DNA from: a virus
Lineage: Duplodnaviria > Heunggongvirae > Uroviricota > Caudoviricetes
Virus record (IMG/VR): IMGVR_UViG_3300029305_011610
Location: 1 to 13,394 of that record
Length of the DNA stretch: 13,394 nt
Direction: 5' to 3' (one strand)
Part shown: positions 6,423 to 13,394 of the stretch, in pieces
Position numbering within the stretch: the first letter of the stretch is position 1
How the letters are laid out: every line of letters starts with the position of its first letter
Program-made: the position numbers and the translations under genes
Notes under the pieces: generated by a model
Seen by the model: the letters and a program-made list of their open reading frames with translations, nothing else
What the model was told of the DNA's origin: nothing
Databases searched by the model: none

Positions 6423-7250
6423 TTAATCAAGTAAATCTGCCATAGCAGCCGTTTCGCTTCTTTCTGTCTTTAGTAACTGAACATATCCAAATCTAGGGTG
6501 TCCTTTAAGCTTTTCTAGAGCAATCTTCATGCCGCTATTATTCTTAAACACATCCATATCGGTCTGTCTGCAATCGCCATTAATCCACAAGGCGGACCCT
6601 TCCCCTATTCTGCCAAGCAGTAGTTGGAAATGTTCTTTGGTCATGTTCTCCGCTTCGGAGCAATAGACAATTGAGTTTTTGATATCACGCCCTCGAATGA
6701 AACCCAAATGTGCGATTTCAACTTTCCCACTATCAATCAACTCTTGTAAACAGTCTGTCCCGCCAACGTGATCGCAGAGCACCATTGCATATGGCATTAG
6801 TTTATCGTTGTGAGACCCCGGCAGATGTCCAATTGGCTTTGAGTCTTTAACCTCAATGTTGTTTCGAATATATACGATTTTATCAAAGACGCCTTTTTCT
6901 AACAATTCTATTGCCGCAGAGCACATCAGATAGTCCTTACCGGTGCCATACTTACCCGCTAGCATCTTGACGGTTACGTCGTTATCAAACAGCATATCGA
7001 TAGCCAGTCGTTGTTGGACATTTCTCGGCTTCACCTTACCACTATGTCTGCTTTCAATTTTTCTTTGGCGAACAGTAATGTAAGAACTACCATCCCACTT
7101 CATGCAGTCAATAACATCGTTTTCTTGATTACGCATGATTATGTATTCGTTTTGAACGCAGCCATAAACATTTTCTGATGGATTACTATAAACATTTGCC
7201 AGCTCTTCATCAGTCATAACAATGTCTTTAAAACCTAAGTATTCCTCCAT
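6423..7250 (-). CDS. phoH: PhoH-family ATPase-like protein (275 aa)
   Basis: KPRNVQQRLA (Q motif), GKYGTGKD, IGHLPG...KLMPY, FIRGRDI, SEAENMT, LLGRIGEGS, GDCRQTD. Confidence 0.9.
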   Translation of the reverse strand: MEEYLGFKDIVMTDEELANVYSNPSENVYGCVQNEYIIMRNQENDVIDCMKWDGSSYITVRQRKIESRHSGKVKPRNVQQRLAIDMLFDNDVTVKMLAGKYGTGKDYLMCSAAIELLEKGVFDKIVYIRNNIEVKDSKPIGHLPGSHNDKLMPYAMVLCDHVGGTDCLQELIDSGKVEIAHLGFIRGRDIKNSIVYCSEAENMTKEHFQLLLGRIGEGSALWINGDCRQTDMDVFKNNSGMKIALEKLKGHPRFGYVQLLKTERSETAAMADLLD

Positions 7251-7259
7251 CTGGCCTCC

Positions 7260-7898
7260 TTAAATTACGGCATCAATGTCACAGTCTACGCCAATAATGT
7301 AGTCGGTAATGCCTTTTTCTTTTGCTTCGTCTGCAAACATATACCATTCAACACGAAGCTTAGAGTTATATTCATCTTCTTGAATATATGTTTTTTCAAG
7401 AACATAACTCTTAATTCTCTCTTCTACTCTACGATTAAATTCCATTTGGTCTTGAGCTTTTGCGCCGGAATTCCATACCATACTTGATCCATCATGCATC
7501 AGATATTTGGAATTCTTGAATGCATATCTTTTATGACCGCACAGACCGATGAGAAAACCCATAGAATACTGATTACCCATGTTAATTGTATAAACAGGAG
7601 TTTTGCTTGACTCAATGACATCGATTAGCTCGAAACCTGCGTCCACTTCGCCTCCGTTAGATGCGATATACAGCTTGATAGGCATTCTTTCTTCGACAGG
7701 AATGCCCATATCGTCAGAGTTAAACTGCATAATAACTCGTGCAAGTTCTGCAACAGAAGTCTGAGAGACATCCATATTCAGGAATAATTTTCTCTGCTTT
7801 AAATCTTGTAGATAGAACAGTTCTTGAACCAAGCCAGACTCTAGCAGTAGTGTATCCATGTCGATTTCGATGTCAAAATATCCTCTCTTGTTACTCAT
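7260..7898 (-). CDS. clpP: ClpP-family protease subunit (212 aa)
   Basis: RKLFL, PIKLYIASNGGEVDAG, nucleophile YSMG, KR...NSKYLMHDG (catalytic His), EWYMFADEAKEKGITDYII. Confidence 0.88.
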   Translation of the reverse strand: MSNKRGYFDIEIDMDTLLLESGLVQELFYLQDLKQRKLFLNMDVSQTSVAELARVIMQFNSDDMGIPVEERMPIKLYIASNGGEVDAGFELIDVIESSKTPVYTINMGNQYSMGFLIGLCGHKRYAFKNSKYLMHDGSSMVWNSGAKAQDQMEFNRRVEERIKSYVLEKTYIQEDEYNSKLRVEWYMFADEAKEKGITDYIIGVDCDIDAVI

Positions 7899-8427
7899 TT
7901 AAATACTCCTTGATGAATGAAATTACTTTTTCATTAAGCTCGCAAAGTCCTTTGTCGTTCTTAATGATATAGTCAAAAAGATAGCCGTCTAGAGCCGTTT
8001 CACTTTCATGAGCTTGTTGCTCTGGAGTTAAAACACTCTCATAACCATCTCGGTTGACACGTAGTCTAATGACTTCCACGTCTTCACATGATTCCCATCT
8101 ATAGATTTCATTAGGAAATCTCACATCAGGAATCAAGACATAGTCCCACTGGTCTTGGAATGAAGTCACAACCCCAATCACATAATCGACCCAAAAATTA
8201 GGGTATTTATTTCTTATGTAATCAGTTCCGACTTTCTGAAGCAATGTACGCCCATTATTATCCTTCACTCCATTCCACTTAAAGAACGCCTTGCAAGTGT
8301 ATTTGACCAAGTCTCCGTAGTGAGTCACGAGTACTTTCTCGCCATGCTCATATAGATATTGTTCCATACATCTCGCAACTGTGTCTTTACCATGTCTGGC
8401 TTTACCAGAAATTAGTACAACTTTCAT
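7891..8427 (-). CDS. Deoxynucleoside monophosphate kinase-like P-loop protein (178 aa)
   Basis: ISGKARHGKDT P-loop, RTLLQKVGTD, IPDVRFPNE and HESETALD are typical of phage dNMP kinases. Confidence 0.8.
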   Translation of the reverse strand: MKVVLISGKARHGKDTVARCMEQYLYEHGEKVLVTHYGDLVKYTCKAFFKWNGVKDNNGRTLLQKVGTDYIRNKYPNFWVDYVIGVVTSFQDQWDYVLIPDVRFPNEIYRWESCEDVEVIRLRVNRDGYESVLTPEQQAHESETALDGYLFDYIIKNDKGLCELNEKVISFIKEYLNE

Positions 8428-8434
8428 TTACACC

Positions 8435-8920
8435 TCACGTAACCATGCGTTTGTATACGCAAAACTCATATTTAATTCCGTCGCAAACCATCGGTCCTGC
8501 GGATTCTACACATCTCCACTTCCAATCCTTATCTAGATTGGGAAAGTAAGCATCTGATTCTGGAGTTGCATGAATTTTCGTAACATACACCTCATCAATG
8601 AAATTAAAGAACTGTTCGAATACACTGGCTCCGCCAATAACATAGCAATCGTCATAATGTCTGCTATGTACAAGTGCTGCTCCAACATTCTTTGCAATCA
8701 TCGCATCTTCAATCTCAACATCTTTTCTTGTCATAACGATGTTATGTCGACCTTTTAGCGGCTTCCCGCCCGGAAAATCCTCAAGAGTCTTTCTGCCTAC
8801 GATTACAGCATTGCCCATCGTAAGTTCTTTAAATCGCTTTCTATCTTCGGGAAGAACCAACGGCTGTGTCCCGTTGGCTCCAATCCCCCAATCTTCATAA
8901 ACTGCTACGATAGCCTTTAT
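8435..8920 (-). CDS. folA: Dihydrofolate reductase (161 aa from an ATA start; the ORF track starts late at 8860)
   Basis: IKAIVAVYEDWGIG, LPEDRKRFKELT, VIVGRKT, PLKGRHNIV, IGGASVF, DAYFP. An in-frame TAG at 8938-8936 excludes any upstream ATG. Confidence 0.93.
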   Translation of the reverse strand: MKAIVAVYEDWGIGANGTQPLVLPEDRKRFKELTMGNAVIVGRKTLEDFPGGKPLKGRHNIVMTRKDVEIEDAMIAKNVGAALVHSRHYDDCYVIGGASVFEQFFNFIDEVYVTKIHATPESDAYFPNLDKDWKWRCVESAGPMVCDGIKYEFCVYKRMVT

Positions 8921-8949
8921 GAAATCACCTTCTCTCTATAATAGTTTTA

Positions 8950-9783
8950 TCAGACAGCAATAGGAATCTTCTTATCCAACTCTGTATACTGATAACCCTC
9001 CAGAGAGAAACTGTTTTTTGTAAACTTATAGAAATCGTCGATAGAAGTATCCATGCTAAACTTGGGTGCTTCGTACTGAGGATTGTTGATAATCTCTTCA
9101 ATTACAGGAACGTGGCGGTCATAAATGTGCGCGTCTGCAATTACATGAATCAGTTCGCCGGGTTCATAACCGCATACATGAGCCAGCATATATGTCAACA
9201 CCGCATACTGAACAACATTCCAGTTGTTAGCTGCCAGCATATCTTGGCTTCTCTGATTAAGAATCGCATTCAGCTTATTTCCTTCTACGTTAAATGTCAT
9301 GGAGTATGCGCAAGGATATAGCGCCATCTCATGCAGATCGGCATGATTAAAAATGTTAGTCATTATTCTGCGGGATGCAGGATTGTTCTTAAGATCGTAA
9401 ATCACACGATCTACTTGGTCGAACTCGCCTTCCGCGTACTTATGCTTTACTCCCAGCTGATAGCCATATGCCTTGCCAATAGAACCATTTTCGTCCGCCC
9501 ATTGATCCCAAACATGACTGCTCAAATCAGCAATATTATTGGACTTCTTTTGCCAGATCCATAGCATTTCATCAATAGCACTCTTCCAGAAGGTTCTGCG
9601 GATGGTTAGGATTGGGAATTCCTTTTGCAGGTCGTAACGATTTACAATACCAAATTTCTTCACGGTATGCGCAGGAGCACCGTCATCTTCCCACTTAGGG
9701 CGAACCTCTAGGTCAGTATCCCAAACACCATGTTCGAGGATATCCTTACAATTCTGGATAAATACCTTATCTGCGTAACTCAA
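8950..9783 (-). CDS. thyA: Thymidylate synthase ThyA (277 aa)
   Basis: YDLQKEFP, EMLW, WDQW, GKAYGYQ, SRRIM, catalytic PC, QRSQD, DAHIYDRH. TTG start (or the adjacent in-frame ATA) after GGAGG. Confidence 0.97.
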   Translation of the reverse strand: MSYADKVFIQNCKDILEHGVWDTDLEVRPKWEDDGAPAHTVKKFGIVNRYDLQKEFPILTIRRTFWKSAIDEMLWIWQKKSNNIADLSSHVWDQWADENGSIGKAYGYQLGVKHKYAEGEFDQVDRVIYDLKNNPASRRIMTNIFNHADLHEMALYPCAYSMTFNVEGNKLNAILNQRSQDMLAANNWNVVQYAVLTYMLAHVCGYEPGELIHVIADAHIYDRHVPVIEEIINNPQYEAPKFSMDTSIDDFYKFTKNSFSLEGYQYTELDKKIPIAV

Positions 9784-9798
9784 TATGCTTGTCCTCCG

Positions 9799-10143
9799 TT
9801 ATTTATTAGTTTTGATATGTATATTAGAGAGTAAAACGCTTACTCTTTTTTTGAGCTTCATCCATGCCACTCTGATGGAATTTCCAATAGATTCGATAAG
9901 ATACATTAACATCTCGTCTTCGTCCTCTTCAGACGTATCATATTCAATCTCCAAAATCGGTGAATAATAACAACTATCAATTATATCTGTCATACAATCA
10001 CAGCACAGCCGCAGATGGAGTTCGTTGCCATCGTAAGCTGTGCCGTAACCAAGGAGAGTATGTATTTGAAAGTTTTCTTCGTAATCCCAGATATTGAATT
10101 CTTTGCCACATAAATTGCAGCAGCAGTATAAATTATTTTTCAT
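9799..10143 (-). CDS. Hypothetical protein with a putative zinc-binding CxxC...CxxC domain (114 aa; the ORF is open to 10254)
   Basis: CNLC...CCDC. AGGAG SD 8 nt before ATG 10143. The upstream ATG 10254 has only GAGGT at 12 nt. Confidence 0.7.
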   Translation of the reverse strand: MKNNLYCCCNLCGKEFNIWDYEENFQIHTLLGYGTAYDGNELHLRLCCDCMTDIIDSCYYSPILEIEYDTSEEDEDEMLMYLIESIGNSIRVAWMKLKKRVSVLLSNIHIKTNK

Positions 10144-10286
10144 TTTTGCTTCTCCTAATGATTTCACTAACTCATCGAAGAAATTAAAATCATAAAAGTT
10201 ATCTTCTATTTCATCCAATGAGTAGCACGAACTGAATGCCAATTTTTTGTTCATATGTTTCTTGTTACCTCAGATGTGATATGAAA

Positions 10287-10976
10287 TCACGTTTTCATTT
10301 CCGCTAAACTTTTGATATATTCGTCCAGCGCCTCTGATTCTTTTAATTCTTCTGCAGCTCCCTCTTCGTCCGGAATGCGGAAAACATAGTACGGTTCGTG
10401 TGTATCCCCGAAATTATGAATGGCAGCGAAATCATAGGTGTTTACAGTATCGTTCATGATACCAACATTATTAAAGGTATCAATAATTCTGTTAAGGTCC
10501 GTCTGTGTTAAATCTCTTTGTGTTGGAATTGCCCATTCGTCGGTGCGAAGAGTTGCGTCGTCTGCATAGTCGATAAACCAGTCTGTCGTAGTTGCATTTG
10601 CCACGTTACGTACTGTGTGAGCATAACGATCCGTATTTATGCCTAGAGTATATCTGTTTAGGTCATTGTACAACTCATCACATAAAACCAAGTTGGCAAT
10701 TCTCTGAAGTCTAAGATTTGTACTGTAATAATCATGCTGACAAACAACAATCTCATTACCATTATCACCTACAAACCTAGCAATTACAGTTTGTGTAATC
10801 CCGTCTACTCTTCGAATGCACTCATAGCCCTCTAATTGTCTTTCTAATATCTCGGTAATTTCCGACCTATGTCTTTCGTCTTGAGGAATGATAACGCCGA
10901 TGAACAGCTCTTCTCCTCTGAACTTTCTCAGAGCACGGTCTATCCATTCCTCATTTATTCTTCTTATATCTGGCAT
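10287..10976 (-). CDS. Hypothetical protein (229 aa)
   Basis: Long ORF on the coding strand. AAAGGA SD 7 nt before an ATG that overlaps the dnaE stop (TGATG). No family recognised. Confidence 0.75.
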   Translation of the reverse strand: MPDIRRINEEWIDRALRKFRGEELFIGVIIPQDERHRSEITEILERQLEGYECIRRVDGITQTVIARFVGDNGNEIVVCQHDYYSTNLRLQRIANLVLCDELYNDLNRYTLGINTDRYAHTVRNVANATTTDWFIDYADDATLRTDEWAIPTQRDLTQTDLNRIIDTFNNVGIMNDTVNTYDFAAIHNFGDTHEPYYVFRIPDEEGAAEELKESEALDEYIKSLAEMKT

Positions 10977-13393
10977 CAAATAATCCTTTCGTATTCGAGG
11001 AGATTAAAATATTCTCCGTTGCGTTTATGCTTCTTACAAAAAATTATGTCATTCTTGGATATTGGATTTTTGTTGTATTCGCGGTTATTGACCGTGAATC
11101 GGCTTTCAATCCCACTTCCAAGAGATTTTGTAAATACGCTATAGCCAAACTGTTGTCCGGTTGTTCGATTGTGAAGTGGTGTTACATCTGTCACATACAG
11201 TTTCCTTCGATCTTCTTCCTTACCAGATACATAACCGATATATCCCATCACATCATGAAAATTTCGTACTTTGTCGATATCGCTTAAGTCCGGCATTTGA
11301 ACGGCCTTTATCGCATCTTCGCATTCTTGCATGATTGACTTAACATCAAGCAATGTGTAGCTCTTAGAAATCCCGCCTGACTTAGTAACCCCAACTGAAT
11401 AATTTTTGATTATGTCTTCGAAATGAGTGCCATCAACAAGCGATTTTTTAATTTTTTTCGCTTGACCTTTATTGAATGTCTCATAAAACAAATCTACAAT
11501 TCGTAACAACTCACGTTGATTGCCAAACTCGGAAAAGAAATCTAACTTTATAAGAATGTCTAACTGGCGTGTGTTAATACTTGTCTTCTCATCCAAATCT
11601 ACTAGAAGATCGATAAACCTGTCGTATTTATTCTCCTGTGCAAGTTCGTATAATTCGTCAGCCAATTTAGCACTCATGTATTTGATTGATGACAAACCTT
11701 TTGCAATAATGCAGCGCTCTTTATCAAAGAAGTACCTGTCCCTCGAAAGCCCCCACTTGGGCATCGTAACAGCTATTCTTCGCTTAGCTGCATACTTAGC
11801 AATTTCTGCAGTCTTATCTTGGTTGTCGCTAAAGATATTCAACGCAGAAGTCAAAAACTCAAGAGGATAATAGTATCGAAGATAACCACATATATACCCG
11901 ATTGCACTATAACTATCTGAATGGTTCCAACTAAATGCATAGTCACTAGCGTCAAGGATCACTTGGATAAAAGGCTCAATGATTTCTTCACACCGCTCTG
12001 GAGTTAACCCATAATGTTCTGAAGAATATGTAACAAATCGTGACTTAATTTCTGGAATCAGTTGTTCTGTCCCTTTCTTCTTTGCAATGCCACGTCTAAC
12101 TGTATCTGACTCTGCGTTTGTGTACCCACAAAATTTTACAAGGAACTGCATGATGGTTTCCTGCATTGCAATTCTCCCAGCTTCTGGCGCCAAGAAATCA
12201 TTTAGCTCATCAAAACCATTATCATAGAACTCTCCACGTGCAACACTATCCCTAAAACTGGCGCAAGCAGGACGGATAAGGCCATTGCCAAATGACATCC
12301 ATTTCATCATCGAGAAATTCGGGACTTTACTACGCGCAATCTCCAGAGTCATATCTGACATAAATTGTCTAATATACGCCTGCGCAGAATTGCTTTCCCA
12401 TTGAAAAATCAGTGTAGTATCATCGCGAATGCTCCTCCAAACATCCATATCGTCCATATCCGTGTTGTCTGGAGTTAATCGATCAATGCCAAGCTTTTTG
12501 CACGTATCATTAATAACACCGATGTTATCAAGTCCAAGTACGTCGAGCTTAACATAGAACAAATCATCGAGTTCTTTCATGTTCACCATCGAGACTGGAT
12601 AGTCAGATGTTGAAATTGAACAAGTACCGATTGTTTCTTCGATTGGAAGGTCACTAATCAAAACACCGCTCGGATGTGTGCCAATGGAAACTATAGTTCC
12701 ATTTACAATGTCCACATATTTGAAGACTTCTGGCCACTTTTTTCGAGCTTTCTCCTCTTGTGTATCGAGCATTTTACTTATCTCATTAGAAAGTTGGATA
12801 TAGTTAATATCCTCTCTTTCCTTATATAACGCTCTACATACATCTCGAACAGCACCCTTCAGCGCTATAGTATTAAATGTAATGATTTCTGCAGATTTAA
12901 TTGACGGCAAATTTAACCGGTCTTTCAGCAGAAACTCTTTAACTTTGTCACGATCTTTGCTTGAATAGTCAGTATCAATATCTGCATTTGTTACACGAGA
13001 AGGGTTCATAAAGCGGAAAAAGTTAAGCCCGAACTTCATGCTATCCATCTGTGTAATTCCCAACAGATACGCTATCATACTGCCAGACACCGAACCACGA
13101 CCGTAACCGCATTGTATACCATTTTCGCGCTCCCATTCGCGAAGATATGTCTGCAAAAGCATAAAGTCAATTGATTGTGTTGCTTTGTATACCTCAAACT
13201 CTTCATCAACCACTTTTCTAAGAGCCTCTTCGCCATGTCTTTCTACTGCATACGGATGAGTACTGATGGCATTTTCGATCTTATCTCGGAATGTTTCCTC
13301 AGGGTTACTGTAAATGTGAGGATATTTTGTACCCTTATCTAACTCAAATCCTTCTATCATGTCGGCCATTCTGTTTGTATTTTCTATAGCCTC
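10976..13393 (-). CDS. dnaE: DNA polymerase III alpha subunit (family C, DnaE-like); 5' end lies beyond the window
   Basis: GRGSVSGSMIAYLLGIT, RFMNPSR, catalytic ADIDTD, HPSG, KLDVLGL, IFQWES, QE, YAFSWNHS, YLRYYYPLEF, GLSSIK. The frame stays open to the window edge (EAIENTNR-MAD..., the usual end of the PHP domain), so ATG 13369 is probably internal. Confidence 0.95.
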   Translation of the reverse strand, partial: EAIENTNRMADMIEGFELDKGTKYPHIYSNPEETFRDKIENAISTHPYAVERHGEEALRKVVDEEFEVYKATQSIDFMLLQTYLREWERENGIQCGYGRGSVSGSMIAYLLGITQMDSMKFGLNFFRFMNPSRVTNADIDTDYSSKDRDKVKEFLLKDRLNLPSIKSAEIITFNTIALKGAVRDVCRALYKEREDINYIQLSNEISKMLDTQEEKARKKWPEVFKYVDIVNGTIVSIGTHPSGVLISDLPIEETIGTCSISTSDYPVSMVNMKELDDLFYVKLDVLGLDNIGVINDTCKKLGIDRLTPDNTDMDDMDVWRSIRDDTTLIFQWESNSAQAYIRQFMSDMTLEIARSKVPNFSMMKWMSFGNGLIRPACASFRDSVARGEFYDNGFDELNDFLAPEAGRIAMQETIMQFLVKFCGYTNAESDTVRRGIAKKKGTEQLIPEIKSRFVTYSSEHYGLTPERCEEIIEPFIQVILDASDYAFSWNHSDSYSAIGYICGYLRYYYPLEFLTSALNIFSDNQDKTAEIAKYAAKRRIAVTMPKWGLSRDRYFFDKERCIIAKGLSSIKYMSAKLADELYELAQENKYDRFIDLLVDLDEKTSINTRQLDILIKLDFFSEFGNQRELLRIVDLFYETFNKGQAKKIKKSLVDGTHFEDIIKNYSVGVTKSGGISKSYTLLDVKSIMQECEDAIKAVQMPDLSDIDKVRNFHDVMGYIGYVSGKEEDRRKLYVTDVTPLHNRTTGQQFGYSVFTKSLGSGIESRFTVNNREYNKNPISKNDIIFCKKHKRNGEYFNLLEYERII

Positions 13394-13394
13394 C

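Noticed and set aside
10275-10291. GTGAT-N5-ATCAC palindrome resembling a CRP/FNR/Rex box
   Set aside because: The GTGA-TCAC spacing is 7 rather than 6, it overlaps a stop codon, and there is no second copy in the window.
13369-13394. GGAGG at the window edge as an SD for ATG 13369 (a split dnaE without PHP)
   Set aside because: It is about 20 nt from the ATG, and the frame is open through it, encoding the typical EAIENT helix. Truncation by the window is simpler.
1-13394. Stop-codon reassignment, tRNA genes, CRISPR arrays or long repeats
   Set aside because: Genes are full length under code 11, and TAA, TGA and TAG all act as stops. The intergenic gaps are too short for such elements and none was seen by eye.

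Overview
A gene-dense, entirely minus-strand DNA replication and nucleotide-metabolism module of a large, probably temperate, phage or prophage. The host is inferred to be an anaerobic Bacillota/Clostridia-like bacterium from the strong AAGGAGG ribosome-binding sites and the anaerobic RNR. In transcription order (right to left): dnaE-type polymerase (cut by the window edge), two hypothetical proteins, thyA, folA, dNMP kinase, stand-alone ClpP, PhoH, 5'(3')-deoxyribonucleotidase, a CPKC redoxin, class III RNR nrdD/nrdG, a minimal ferredoxin:thioredoxin-reductase-like protein, an HNH-AP2 endonuclease, a C5-cytosine DNA methyltransferase, an acidic Cys-rich protein, dUTPase, a hairpin and an excisionase-like HTH. 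Three things stand out. (1) The methyltransferase appears circularly permuted: motif I (SAM binding) lies after motif X, a TRD-like segment sits at the extreme C-terminus, and a zinc ribbon is inserted after motif IV. (2) The methyltransferase and DHFR can only be full length if they start at ATA codons, each 7 nt after a strong SD; the ORF track missed both N-termini. (3) The class III RNR carries an apparent dedicated redoxin plus FTR-like electron supply chain. All assignments come from motif recognition by eye; no database searches were run.
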